NCBI GenBank assembly: GCA_024679065.1
Contig: JAGIQG010000016.1
Span: 50,158,001-50,222,000 of the forward strand
DNA: 64,000 nt
Reading direction: 5' to 3'
DNA from: Sphyrna mokarran
Lineage: Eukaryota
Positions 37,601 to 52,600 of this stretch are shown here, piece by piece. Under the pieces are notes generated by a model. It ran no database searches, had not been told where the DNA came from, and worked only from the letters and a program-made list of their open reading frames with translations. The stretch's first letter is position 1. Each line of letters begins with the position of its first letter. Position numbers and translations under genes: made by a program.

Positions 37601-40600
37601 TAATATCCAGTCCCTGCAAATCCTCCCAACCACATCAACCTCATCATTAACACCTATGCCACCCCCAGAGACCCTGTCATCCTCAAAATCCGGCCATGAT
37701 TGGAGCTTCCGTGGTTCTTTCACTCAAGCTTCTACTGCTTCTTTTTAAACAGGAGATAGACCGATTGGGTTTTGTATATTGTTTGTTCTTTTGATAGTTT
37801 TGAAGTACATTTTCTGGAAAACAAATGTGTACTCAGATACTTCAGGGTGTAGAGACAGTTTTTGTATGTTGGAACGATTATTAACCAAGATCAGAAGAAA
37901 TAGTTTTGATTGCTTGGACCAATTTCATCACTGTTATAAATCAGATAGCTAATTGTTGCTATAAGCAACTGTACAAAAAAGAAGATCATTAAATTTTTAT
38001 ATGGCTATTTGTGTGGATATTCAGAGTTTTCCCTAACCATTAATGCCAATATGTGATATGCGGTTACCCTGTGCAAATACAACAATAGAAAAGAAAGCTA
38101 ATTCAGCATGTAAAGTATACACCATCTATAGATTTTATACAATGCACATTTATTGATCATTCTGAACATATTTTAATTTGCAGAGTGGGTAAGTACTGGT
38201 AAATTTTCAAGAAAATAAACTTCCTAGTATCAAAAGATAATTGAGTGAGAAACAGGTTTGCTCTCTAGAGTTGAAGGTATGGGAGTGTGATCTGTGAGGT
38301 GGGTGTTATAATAGTACAGAATAGGGGATGCCCAAGAATTGGTTTTGAGACTACTATTTTTTAAAATTTACATATTCTGGGTAGATTGTGGCATCAAAGG
38401 ATGAAGAAATGCAGGAAAACTGGCAAAACTGGAGCTCCTTTATCTTGAAAGAAGGCGGCTGAAAGGGGACATCAGGATGCAGACAAGACGATATCTAGTA
38501 TAGGTGAGTTCATTACTTCAAGGTAAACTGAGACAGATTTCAAAAGCGTATGTTAAAACTGCAAGAGATCTGATTAGGTAAACACATTGGAAGAGATCAA
38601 CGTTTAGAACATGGAGCTAATGGAAGTTTGATTCATTCAAGATGCCCTGAAATGGCTAAGTGCTTTCTTCCCCAATGGATGAGTTAAGATAGGTCAACAT
38701 GAGTTTCTCATCTCCACTTATCTTGCGAAATATTAGTATCATTCAACAAGGACGTAGGATGCCAAATGCAGTTCAATATATAAATGATTAATATAGAAGC
38801 AGGAAACCAAAAGAGGAATTAAAAATCAAATCAAAGTACAGAGGTTGCCAGAGATTTGAAATCCAAAAGGAACCTCAGAAGACCTGGCAGCATCTGTGGA
38901 GAGGGAAGTCAAGTTAATGTTCAGCTTTGAAGAATCATATTGGACTTGAAGCGTTAACTCTGCTTCACTCTCCACAGATGCTGCCAGACCTGCTGAACTT
39001 TTTCAGCAGTTCTGTTTTTTCAACCAAAGGAAGAAATTGGATGCTAAACAGAATAGTGGTACACAGTTCAGGATAGGTACACAGCAATAACAATAGTTAA
39101 ATGTTTGAAACTGAGAACACAGAGATTAGATGTAGTCAAAATACACGGTACTAGATGTATAAAAAGAGCAGAGGTCAGATTTGATTCGATTTATTATTGT
39201 CACATGTATTGGTATATGGTGAAAAATATTGTTTCTTGCATGCTATACAAAGCATACCGTTCATAGAGTACATAAGGGAGAAGGAAAGGAGAGGGTGCAG
39301 AATGTAGTGTTATAATCATAGCTAGGATATAGAGAAAGATCAACTGAGTAATATAAGATAGGACCATTCAAAATCTGATGGCAGCATAGAAGAAGCTGTT
39401 CTTGAGTTGGTTGGTATGTGATCTCAGACTTTTGCATCTTTTTCTTGATAGAAGAAGGTGGAAAAGAGAATGTTAAGTGTGTGGGGTCCTTATTATGCTG
39501 GCTGCTTTGCCGAGGCAGTAGGAAGTGTAGACAGAGTCAATGAATGGGAGATGCAGTCCTGATGACCAAATCATAGGAAGACTACATTTGGTTTTGGAAG
39601 GTATAGAGGTGAGTGAATGAAATGGTTCCAACAGTTAATAACAGAGATCAGACTTATTTTATTTAAAATGAATCAAAGTAGACTTGAGTTTTCAGTAAAG
39701 TTGATTCAGGAAAATTACTCACCATTGCAGTCGGTACAAGTTACAAGAGACAGAAACATTAAAAATAAGTTGTTAAGAATTATAAGGTAGAGTATCATCC
39801 AAAAGGATAATAACATTATAGAATAGATTGTTTGGGAAAGCTTTCAAAGTATAATGCACTTAAAAAAAAATTAGATAAGAAGGAAACAATCAAAAGGCGT
39901 GGTGAAACAGCCTTTTCAGGAAGAATTTGCTGGGCCTCCTAGCTTCATCTGAATTTTAAAGTCTTTCCTTTCCCTGTTGTGTTCAATTTTAGCTTTTTAA
40001 TTTTCATCTTTTATGTGGTTTTTTTTAACAACCACCATTCTCTTTTCTTCTTTGCCATACTGAGGTAGTTTTTGTAAAATTATCATTTCGTTTCAATCCT
40101 TTCAATTTTTTCTGAAAACGTTGTCACATCCTTTTACAGATACAACCAGAAAAAATGCTTTCTATGGTGTATCACAGCTTGGTATAGCTCCTGCTCTGCC
40201 CGAGACTACAAGAAACTACAAAAGGTCATGAATATATCCCAATCCATCACGCAAACCAGCCTTCCAACCACTGACTACATCTTCTATTGCCTTGGAAAAG
40301 CAGCCGGCATAATTAAGGACTCCAGGCATCTCAGACATTCTCTCTTCCACCTTCTTCCATGGGAAAAAAAGGTACAAAATTTTGAGATCATGTACCAACC
40401 AACTCAAGAACAGCTTCTTCCCTGCTGTCATCAGACTTTTGAATGGACCTACCTTGCACTCAGTTGATCTTTCTCTACACCCCCTAGCTATAACCGTGAC
40501 ACTACATTCTGCACTCTCTCCTTTCCTAATTAAGAATTACCTGGATAGTCACATGAACAGCCTGGGAATGGAGGGATACAAACGAATGGTCTAATTGGAC

Positions 40601-43600
40601 CAATGAGTGGCACAGGCTTGGAGGGCCAAAGAGCCTGTTTCCTGTGCTGGACAGTTCTTTGTTCTATGAATGGTATGCTTTGTCTGTATAGCATGTGAGA
40701 AACAATACTTTTCACTGTACACTAATACATGTGACAATAATAAATCAAATCTTTTCCAGCTATTTACACTGTTCGGGTACAGATTTGTCAGTCTCATGAC
40801 CTGTTCCCTGTCTCCCTTCTTTATTTTGTTCAGTCCTATTAAGGATATCTCCTAGCTTCAAGTTACAACTGATGGTCTAAAAATATGATCTTTGCCAGTA
40901 AATGACAATCCTCCTCTATACTTCCAACATTAGCTTTTATTTTGAATGTTATTTTCTATTGCCTGCAGCAAGATTTCTAAGCAGTAATTGGCAATATAAT
41001 TAAACAGTTCATGCCATCCTTATTGCAACTTAGTTTTGGTAAAACTCCAAAACCATTATTGCGTTTCAGATACAATGCATCATGTGATAGTAATCAGGTG
41101 ATAGTAATTGGCGTACATATACTGCCACCATCACAAATTTGTTTCATACGAGAGCTATTGTCACTTACTTGTATTGTTAAGGTTCACAGTTAGGCCTTGC
41201 TGAACATGCTCCTGAATCAACTGTAGTGTTCTCTCAAAGATTTCACCTGCTCTTGCTGCTTCCACAGTATAGGGGTCACGTGGGTATCGGAATAGGGCTA
41301 GTAGGTCATTTGGGGTGCGTGGACGCCTGCCAAATGAAAAGGTAGAACTCGAGTTCTAAGATCTTTGGAATGCCAGAAAGTTATTTATAACAAAACTAAA
41401 GAGAACATTTCTTGGATACCAGCTCAAAATATGCAGACAAAAGTCCCTTAGAATCATAGAATCCTGGCAGTACAGATGGAGGCCAATCGGTCTATCGAGT
41501 CTGCACTGACCACAATCCCACCCAGGTCCTTTTCCCGTAACCCCATTTATTCACCCTATTAATCCCCCTGACACTGTCAATTTAGCATGGCCAATGAACC
41601 TAACCTGTAAATCTTTGGGAAGGAATTGCAACATCCGAAGGAAACTGATGCAGACACCAGGAGAACGTGCAAAATCCACACAGACCTTGCCCGAGATTGG
41701 AATGAACCTGCTGCTGTGAGGCAGCAGTGCTAACCGCTGTGCCATCGTGTGCTTCCTGTGCCATCCCCTGAAGCAGCACCTTCCAAATCCACGACCATCC
41801 AGAAGGAAAAAAGCAACAGATACCTGGGAACACTACAGTCACTCCCCACGCTGACTTGGAAATATATTGCCATTCCTTTGCTATCGCTGGGTCAAAATCC
41901 AAGATCTCCCTCCCAAACAGCACGTCAGGAACTGCAGGGTTCAAGAAGGGAGCTCACCACCACCTTCTCAAAGGCATGGGCGATAATGCTGGTCTAGCCA
42001 GTGATGCACATATCTTATAAATTTTTTTTTTAAAAAAAAACTTCTATGTGTCATTAGTGCTGTGTTTTCATCAAAGGATTTTGGTTCACAGATAAAACTG
42101 AGCGGGTCCCAGGGGTTTCTATTCAGACATTTAAATAGTAGAGTTGCTTTAAATAAAATTCATGCGAAAATGCCTCACAGCTGAATAAACAAAGGCAGCG
42201 CTCAGTCACATTAATATGTTCACCACGTGGCTCAAGCATGTAAGAAAAACATGTAATCAGGGCTGAGACCATCACAGTTGGTGACATTTACACAGCTGAG
42301 GTATAACATTAACACTCATAACAATAAATGAATCCACTATTTATAATTATAAAGAACCTCCACATTTTTCACACACGAAAACATTTATATGTGTGTTTGA
42401 CTGAATTGGAATGGGATTTTGAGATTACTGCATACTTACTTGTCGAACAAATCCCTTCGCGTTGAATTAATCGCACTGTCAATGCTGTTAATAGCTTCCT
42501 GCAGAGACTCTTCAACAAAGGTATCGCCAGTTCGCCCACCCTCCAGGGCTGAAAGCCAAAGCATCGAAGATACAAACATACAAAGACGTTACTATTTAGT
42601 TTCCTTCCTTATATAAAAAAGGCCATCTAAAGGGAAGATGGACATCAGCATCAACTGCAGTATTACACAACAGATGTTATATAGCCACACACACACACAC
42701 ACACACACACGGCCCTATTTTACTGATTGTTAAAAACACTGGGTTAATCTTGTTAAGCGATTAACACGATTTGCTTCCGTGCAGATGCCTGCTTAACCAA
42801 GGCCTGAAAATGGCTGCGATCCGAACTGTGCCCAAAATGGGTGCACTGGCGATTTAAATATATTTGCATGCCCAACTTTATCAGCATTTCCTCCTTTACC
42901 ATCGTGTTTGCCCGTCCAGATTCAGCATGAAACAGACCCGCTCGGCTGTTTCGGGTGCTCCAGCTTCTGAAAAGATAAGTTCAGAGCTTCCAACGGCTCT
43001 CTGCCTTAGATCGGCGATGGGGAGTTGTGCCAGATCATTCTCTGTGAGGGCGGGGTGGGGGGCGGGGGGGGGGGGGGGCGCTGGAGGGAAGAGAGGAGGT
43101 GGGTCAAATGTATTTGAGGTGGGGGTGGGGGAGGGTGAAGGAGGGAAGCCTAATCATTCTCTGGTGAGGGGGAGGAAGTAGCGGCGGGTAGAGGAAGGAG
43201 GCCAGCTTGTCTCTGGTGGTGGGAAGGGGGTGAGGTGGAGGGAGGAGGGAGCCCGATTGTTCTCTGGTGGGGGCAAGGGAGGGAGGTTGGATGGATCTCT
43301 GGTGGCAGGGTGTGGGGGGGGGGTGCGGTGGTCAGCAGGACGGGGGCACCCACTGCAGTGATTGATGGGGGCGGGGGGGAAGGGGGCAGAGGATAACGAT
43401 TGGTCTGGGTAGCTGGGAGGGCAGGGAGTTAGTGGATAATGGGGGTAGTTTTATGTTATAGGGTAAGAGTGATATCAGTGGTGGCCATCGCTCCTGTTTT
43501 TTGCTCCCAGACTGCTTTATCTGTTATTTTGTGGCCCAGGAGCAATGTGACAAAGGCTTGTTTTTAAAATTATTTCTCACTGCAAATGCGCAGTTCAAAG

Positions 43601-46600
43601 CTCCGATCAGAGCAGCAATGTTTTGGGCATGAAATATAAGCCCCACCCACAGTGCGATTCAGACTCGTGATTTTTTGTTCAGACTAAGTGCTTACGGGAG
43701 TACCTGAATAGATTTCAGGATCTGAATTGCAGCCAGATTCAGCACTTAGAATCGAAATGGTAGAATCAGGCACATAGCCTCAGGAATATATTTATATCTG
43801 GTTCACTGCTAATGGTTAGGCATTGTAATAAAATTCCACTTGTGACCATTACAGTATCTGGTCGTCTGTTCCACAAATGGTACGCACAAAAGTCAAGAAT
43901 GAGTGATTATTTGACCCACTGAATCCTGTCCCTCCAGCATTCCAACTCCATAAGGTTAATATGAAACTTTGATTTCTATGCTCCTTGATCCTGCATCTCT
44001 ATTAACTTGTGGGATTTGTTCTAAATTTGGCCAAGGTAGAAAGATAAATTGCAGGTAGCTCATTTTTTCTCCCAATCCTCCAGCACAGTTCATTTAAAAA
44101 CAAATTATTTTCCTTTGCAACTACAAAAAAAATTCAATATACCCAAAGCCAATTCTGTACCAACCATACTGCTGAGAAAGATATCATCTCTGTCCATAAC
44201 AGATTAAAATACGATAATAACAGTAACATACCAGTGACAGTTAACAACATATTACTGGAGATAAAACCGAACGCATTACGGGCAATGCATTCATATCGAC
44301 CCTGGTCTGCTTCCCCAACATCGCGAATAATCAGAGCTCCCTCTGGAGTGACAAAGAACTTTCCACTGTCTGTAATCTGCACACCATCCTGTTTACAAAG
44401 AGAGAGATGAAAGTAAACCAGCTTTGCGAACATAAACATTTAACCTATTTCATTTGTGAACTTCTGCCTTTTCCTGAGTCTGGGAATAGACACTGTGGCG
44501 AAGGTTTCTTGAATTACTTCTCCTCTTAGTAACTAATATCTCAATGCCACAGTTGTTAGCATTGCTGCTTCACTGCGCTAGGGACCAGGGTTTGATTCTT
44601 GGCTTGAGTCACTGTATGGAATTTGCACATTCTCCCCATATCTGCGTGGGTTTCCTCCGGGTGCTCCGGTTTTCTTCTAGAGTCCAAATGTGTGCAGGTT
44701 AGGTGGATTGGCTAAATTCTCCTTCAGTGTACCTGAACAGACACTGGAGTGTGGCGACTAGGAGATTTTCATAGTAACTTCTTTGCAATGTTAATGTAAG
44801 CCTACTAATAAATAAATAAACTTTAATATCTGATTCATCACTTATCGATGCTGAACCCCACAAAAGCAGCCCATGGCATGACTCCATCATCACTTAATGC
44901 TGTTAAATGATTAATTTTCTCTCAGGCCTCAAGGTGATAATTAGGGTTGTACCTGTTAGCTCCGGTGAAGTGAAAATCATGAGATTATGTGCTATTCTTA
45001 GGAATACAATGGCTGAATTTCTGCAATGGGGAGGATATAATTTGGGGTGAATCGCTGCTAGCATATTGTGGAGGAGGAGAAGGGGGGTGAGGGTGCTTTT
45101 GTGACAGAAATTTAGGCCGAAAACCAGATCTGCCAAGTTTCTGTCTCATATGTCCACAGTCAGTGGAGTCTAGAATTAGTCAGAGTTTGAAGACAAGGGC
45201 ATAGATGTGGCTTCTGTACTACTATCTTGCTTTGTCACATTTCTAATAGTAGAGCGTAGATGTGGCCCCAATGAAATCATAGTGCTTTAACAATACAGTT
45301 TTGGCCCCAAAATCAGACATTTAATTGGCAGAGAGAGTCGAATCTATTCCAAGAAGTTACGAGGCTGTGGAAGTATGCTATTGAATGCCAGTTGGGCAAA
45401 TGCCAGTTTGGAGGAAACAGTAGCATAATGGCAATGTCACCGGACTGGTAATCGAGAGGTCCAGACCAATGCTTTAGGGCACAAGTTCAAATCCTACCAT
45501 GGCAGCTGATGGAATTTAAATTCAATTAATAAAATCTGGAATTGAAAAACTGAAGCTCAGTACTGGTGACTATGAAGCTATTAATAATCAATAGTGAAAA
45601 ACCTGCCTCATTGATTAATGTGCTTTTGGGAAGGAAATCTTCCACCCTTACTTGGTCTGGCCTACATGCAACTCAAGATCCACAGCAATCCAAACTCGTG
45701 ACTGTCCTCGGAAATGTTCTTGCAAGCCACTCAGTTTAAGAACAATTAGGGATGGACAATAAATGCTGGCTTTTCCAGCAAAATGCACATCCCAAGAAAG
45801 AATACATTTTAAGAATCTGAGATCTGGGAATTCCTGGGCATGTTGGGCAACTCTGGACATTCAACTACAAAGTATGGACTATGTACTCGATCTTCCTCAT
45901 TATATCCCCAAAAATTTTAAAATATGCTTAATATCAGATTTCAAATCCATTTTCTCCTCCATTAGCAGTTCAGCTGGCATTACTAATAGCTTTAGCGAGA
46001 TGCTAGCCATTGCCTTCTATTGGTTGCAAAATTACGAAGCTTGTCTCCAAGTGACGAGGCAGGCGAGTGACCCATTCACAGATCATTTGAATCACATGTC
46101 CATACTAGTTTGTTGAAAGTTGTGCTGCAACAGCTCTAAGCAAATCTTTCTTCTCTGTGCTCTAGACACTCATTGCTCCAACAGTGGTTTAAGTAAGATT
46201 AGAAAATCCCAAGCATGGGTGAGCTTGCCAATAGAATCATAGAATTCCTACAGTGCAGAAGGTGGCCATTCAGCCCATCGAGCTTGCACAACTCACTCAG
46301 GCCCTATCTCCGTAACCCACGTATTTATTCTGCTAATCCCCTTGATACTAAGGGGCAATTTAGCTTGGCCAATACACCTAATCAGTACATCTTTGGACTG
46401 GGGGAGGAAACCAGAACACCTGAAGGAAACCCACGCAGACATGGGAAGAATTTGCAAACTCCACACAGGCAGCCACCTAAGGCCAGAATCAAACCTGGGT
46501 CCTTGGTGCTGTGAGGCAGCCATGCTAACCATTGTGCCACCTTGCCACCTCAGCTTGTGGCAGATGAAAAGTACGTTATTAGAAAGAAAGGGACAAAATG

Positions 46601-49600
46601 TCTATTTTATTACTTTATTTATTAGTGTCACAGGTCAGCTTGATTTAACACTGCAATGAAGTTACTGTGAAAATCCCCTACTCGTCACACTCTGCTACCT
46701 ATTTGGGTACACAGAGAGAATTTAGCATGGCCAATGTACCCAACTAGCACATCTTTCGGACTGTGGGAGGAAACCGGAGCACCCAGAGGAAATCCATGCG
46801 GACACAGGGAGAACATGCAGACTCTACGCAGACAATGACCCAAGTCAAGAATCCACCACCTGCTGTGGCAGGATTCGAACCTGGGTCCCTGGCATTGTGA
46901 GGCAATAGTGCTAACCATGGTGCCAGAATTTCTGATTTTGGGAAAGACATAGATCCAAGAATAACTTGCTTCTTTGCTCAAATTCAGACAGGAACTTCAC
47001 TTCAATAATCTTCAGAAAATAACTGACTGTCTACCTTTGTCCATGTAATGATGGGATGAGGTTCTCCTTGCGCAGAGCAGCGAATTTCCACATCCTGACC
47101 GGTTTCTGCTGTGGTGTCAGATGGTGTGTGAATAAACACCGGTGTTACTGTCCAGAGAGAAAAGCACAAATCAGAACTGAATTTTCATCAAGTGGAATTT
47201 TTTATCATTGGCACTACTCTGCACAATTTGACATTAATATTTGTTGCGTTGTCCAGGGGTATTAACGCAAGACTATTAATCCAGAAACTAAGCTAATGTT
47301 CAGGGGACCAACGTTCGAATCCGGCCACAGCAGGTGTTGGAATTTGAATTCAATAAAAAATATCTGGAATTAAGAATCTACTGATGACCATGAAACCATT
47401 GTCGATTGAAGGAAAAACCCAATAGCTTCACTAATGTCTTTTAGGGAAGGAAATCTGTCATCTTTACTTGGTCAGACATATACATGACTCCAGACCCACA
47501 GTAATGTGGTTGACTCTCAACTGCCCTCCAAGGACAACTAAGGATGGACAATAAATGCTGGCCAGCCAGTAACACGTGTCCCAAGAATGAATTAAAAAAA
47601 AAACCATGGTTTTTTTAATATCCATTTGAATGCAAGCAGCATAAGCACTGTAAAACTTCTTGACATTTAAGAATGTCAAAAATTCTGATATTTTTGAGAG
47701 AAATGGTACAATGGTTTCACATACAATGAAGATCCATAGAATTTTATGGTTTTATCTGTAATTGATGAACACTTTCACAGAATAATTAAACTGATCCTGG
47801 AGTCATAAAGATCATTCTACATTGTGTTAGTGAAAAAAGATTCTTATACTATAGCTCCAAAGACTATTATAAAAGTTGCAGCTCTCACCGAGTGATTCAA
47901 CAGTCAGTTGAACTGGCACGTGTCTTGCCCCCACGACACTAATTGCATGACATTCATACTGGCCTTGATCATGGGCAGCAACTCTAACAATACGCAGTGT
48001 TCCGGTAGATAAAACAGTGTGTCTTCGGTCATTGGGCAACTGACCACCTGAAAGAAATGGGTAATCCAAGGGTTGGAAACTGACATGACATTGGCTTTAG
48101 TTGAAAATACAGTATACTTGAAAGCCAAGAGAAGTTAATCAATTGGATTTTCTCAACAGACGAATATGTTAATACAATGAGTAAAGTTTAGCCAACATAA
48201 CAGGTTTGTGATTTAGTCCTTGCTAAGTTAGCTAAGGTCACATTGTGTTGTATTACTGGCTTTAGAACTATTCCTAATGCACTTGGGCAGCAGGGTGGCA
48301 TAGTGGTTAACACTGCTGCTTCACAGCATCAGGACCCGTGTTCAATTCCAGCATAGAGTCTGTGTGGAGCTTACATGTTCTCCCCATGTATGTATGGGTT
48401 TCCTCCAGATACTCTGGTTTCCTCCTACAATCCAAAGCTAAATTGCCCCTTAGTATCCCAAGATGAGTAGGTTATGGGGATCAGCGTGGTAAATGGGTAT
48501 GTTAAGGGAATAGGACAGGGAGGTTGGGCTGTATAAATTGCTCTGTCAGAGTGTCAATGGGCCGAATGGCCTCCTGCACTGTATGGATTCTATGATTCAC
48601 TTGGCATAAGGAATTCCTACTTCTGATCCTGACCAACAACGTCTAGTAGACACGTTTAGGCATCAAGCAGACAGGATCACGCTTAGCTGTGATGCCCCTT
48701 TGGCCAAATGCTCTGACAATAAGTTGCATGGATTCACGTGTAGAGAATGACCAGAAAGGCATGGAGCTGGAGGGTGATCAACAAATATGAAACCATTATC
48801 CAGTGAGAAACCAACAAAAGGAGCGAATAGAAACAAATTAATGGTTTAAAAAAAAGGAAGAAATAAAGCTTTCAAAGAGCAGAGATAACTCAGAACGGGC
48901 AATATAACCCAATGAAGAGATAGTTAACTGAAAAGCAGTTTATTTGCAGGTGGAATTGCTTAGAAGAGAAATTTAATGCACACGGGATGTGCAATATTTC
49001 CTCTACAGTACAATCTGCCTGATGTTAAAAAATACATCAGAATTGCATGTTGTTTAGTTTTCTCTGATTTGTTGGACCTTTGGGGATCAGATCGGTGAGT
49101 TAATAGTAGGGACAAAAAATGGCTAAGACACTAAATCAGCATTTTGCCTCAGTTTTCATGGTGGAGGACACCAGTACTGTTCCAACAGCAACAGGTAACA
49201 CAGAGGTAATAGAAAGGCAGGAACTTAGAACAGTCATTATCAATAGGGAAAGAGTACTGAGCGTACTATTGGGATGGAAGGCAGATCAATCCCCAGGACC
49301 TGATGGCTTACATCCTAGGATATCAAAGGGAGTGGCAACTGAGATAGTAGATCCATTGGTTACAATATTCCACAATTCCCTGGACGCGGAGAAGGTTTGA
49401 GTTGAAAAAATGCTAATATAATGCTTTTATTCAAAAAGGGAGGGAGACAGAAAGTAGGAGACTATAGATCAGTTATTTTAACGTTTGTAGGGAAATTGTT
49501 AGAATCCATTGTTAAGGAAATAATAATAAGACATTAGAAAAATTAAAACAAAATAGTTTTATGACGGGTAAATTGTGTTTGGCTAACTTTCTAGAGTTCT

Positions 49601-52600
49601 TTGAAGAATGTAACAAATGAAGTGGATAGTGGGAATCCTATAGATGTGGTATATCTGGACTTCCAGAAGGCACTGGATAAGGTGCCACACTAAAGATTAA
49701 TATACAAGATTAGTTCACATGCAGTTATGGGTAATATACTAACTTGGACAGAAGACAGGCTAACCAACAGAAAGCAAAGATTGCAATAAACGGTTTCTTT
49801 TTTTGATTGGCAAGATGTAACTAGTAGGATGCCACAGCGTTCAATTCTCAGGCTCCAAGTATTTACAAACAGTATTGATGACTTGGATGCAGGAATAGAA
49901 GACACTGCAGCCACATTTGCAGATTACATTAAAATAAGTGGGATAGTAGGTTACAATAAAGAAATAATAAGTTTACAAATGGGTATGGATAGATTAGGTT
50001 ATAGGCCAAAATTAGGCAGATAGAGTTTAATGTGGTTAAATGTGAGATTATTCATTTTGGTTGGAAAAATGGAAAGATAATATATTATCTAGTGAAACTC
50101 TGGTGAAACAGTGCAGAGGAATCTGGGTGTCCTCGTGCCTGAGTCACAGAAAACTGGTATGCAGGTACAGCAGGTAATAAGGCATTTATATTTGGCTAAA
50201 GGAATAGAATATAAAAGGAATGAAGTGTTGCTGCTACTGTACAAAGCATTAGTGAGACAGCACTTAGCACATCGTTATAGTTTTGGTCTTCTTACTTGAG
50301 GAAGAATGCCGTTGCATTGGAGGTGGTTCATTAAATTGATTCCAAAGATGAGGGATTTGACTTACTAAGAGAGATTGGACAGTTTAGGCCTATACTCCCT
50401 GGAGTTTAGATGAATAAGAGGAGATCTAATTGAGATGTACAAGATGATAAAGGGGATTGACAAAGTAGACGTGGAGAGAATATTTCTTCTTGTGAGGCAA
50501 TCTAGAACAAGAGGTCATAATTTTATAATAAGTCGTGGCAGATTGAAAACAGAAGAGAAGTTATTTTTCCCAATTGGTCATGAGTCTGTGGAATTCACTA
50601 CCTCAGACTGTTGCCAGGAAACTGAATAAATTTGAGAAGATAGTCAGATTTTTAATTAGCAATGGGTGAAGAGTTATGGAGAATGGGCAGGAAAGTGGAG
50701 TTGAGGCCAGGGTGAGATCAGCCATGATCAAACTGAATGATGGAACAGGCTTGAAGGGCTGAATTGCCTACTCCTGCTTTTAGTTCTTACGTTCTTATGA
50801 CATTCTTAGCTTAAAGAAAATACTTCTTAAATAGTCAATTTATTTTCAATGTATTGCAAATCACATATCTGATGCATATCTTGTAAATTATATGATAATT
50901 CTTTTGTCCACACTTATAATAGAAATTGACTACATAAATTTGTTACTCTAATTACATCTCAACCAATGTTTCTTTGAAGTGGACTGAGTGGTTAATAGTG
51001 TTAAAATGTAACATGCAGAGATCAAACAGGTTGGGTCAAACATTTCTGCATTAAAACAGTGCTACGTTGGAAAATACTTCATTGCTGTAAAGCACCTTTG
51101 ATGTCGTTGAGATCATGAAAGATGCTACATAAATGCAAGTCTTTCTTCCACGTGCTGAGAAGTTCCTTACATCACAACAACTTCAGAACCACTTCTTTGA
51201 CTTAAAAGGAGCCATCATAAACATGTGAATATCCAATCTATATGTGTTAGATCAGTACACTCAGTGTTGTTATTTAATAGGATTAATCATTTGTAACAAC
51301 TTGTGTTATGTACTTCAGTTATCTACATCATTTCATTGGTGAACTCCTAGATTTTCTATACAAACATTGGATAAGTTAGACCTTGGAGTCCACACCCATT
51401 GCACACGAAAATAAACATATTGAAGACCTGCTTTAGTCCAGGCAATGACTGGGGCTGGGGTCCCCTCTGCAAGGCAATAAAAATCCACAGCAGTTCCTTC
51501 CACCACAACCTGATTGCTGGGAATCACAGAGAATTTAGGACCATCTGTAGAAACAAAACAGATCAAATCCCAGTGTAACGTTAGAATGTGATAGGTTGCT
51601 AGGTGAACAAAACATTGCATTATTTTGATACTGAATTTTGCCTAACAATACAACTGTATCTAATCAAATTTAGAAAGTTACTCGATATAGAAACATAGTA
51701 ACTAGAAGCAGAGTGGGCCATTCGGCCCTTTCAGCCTACTCCACCATTCATTATGGTCGTGGCTGATCACCAAACTGAATATCCTGATTCCCCTCTTATC
51801 CCTAGATCCCTTTAGCTCCAAGAGCTATATCTAATTTCTTCTTGAAATCAGACATTTTGGCTTCAACTACTTTCCATGATAGTGAATTCCACACATTCAT
51901 CATCCTCTGGGTGAAAAAATTTCTCCTCCCTCAGTTCTAAAAGGCTTACCCCTTATCCTCAAACTATGATCCCCTAGTTCTAGGTTCTCTCACCATCAGG
52001 AACATTCTTTCTGAACCTATCCTGTCTAATCCTGTTAGAATTTTAAGTTTTTCTGAGATCTCCTTTCACTCTTCTAATTTCAATAATTAGATCACAATCA
52101 AAGACTTTAATATTCATAGAATCCCTACAGTACAGAAGGAGGTCATTCAGCCCATTGAGCATATTCTGACAACAAATCCACCCTATGCCCATAACCCCAC
52201 TTATTTACCCTGATAATCTCCCTGAAACTAAAGGCAATTTGACATGACCAATCAACCTAACCCATATATCTTTGAACCGTGGGAGGAAACTGAATCACCC
52301 GGAGTAAACCCACGCAGACACGGGGAGAATGCACAAACTTCTCATAAACGGTGACCGAGGCCAGCAATTGAAACCAGGTTCCTGGCACAGTGAGGCAGAA
52401 GTGTGAACCATTGTACCACCACAACTATATTATTCTATAGTTCTAGTGTAATGGGAATCAAGTACTTCCTCTGAAACATGCAGTAAACAATGAAATGAAA
52501 GGTGATAGTATAGTATGGAATCAGAGTAAATCATGCAGCAGCCCTGCACTTAACCCATATTACGTAGCAAAAAAAGTGCATGTTAAGTTATGAATGGATA

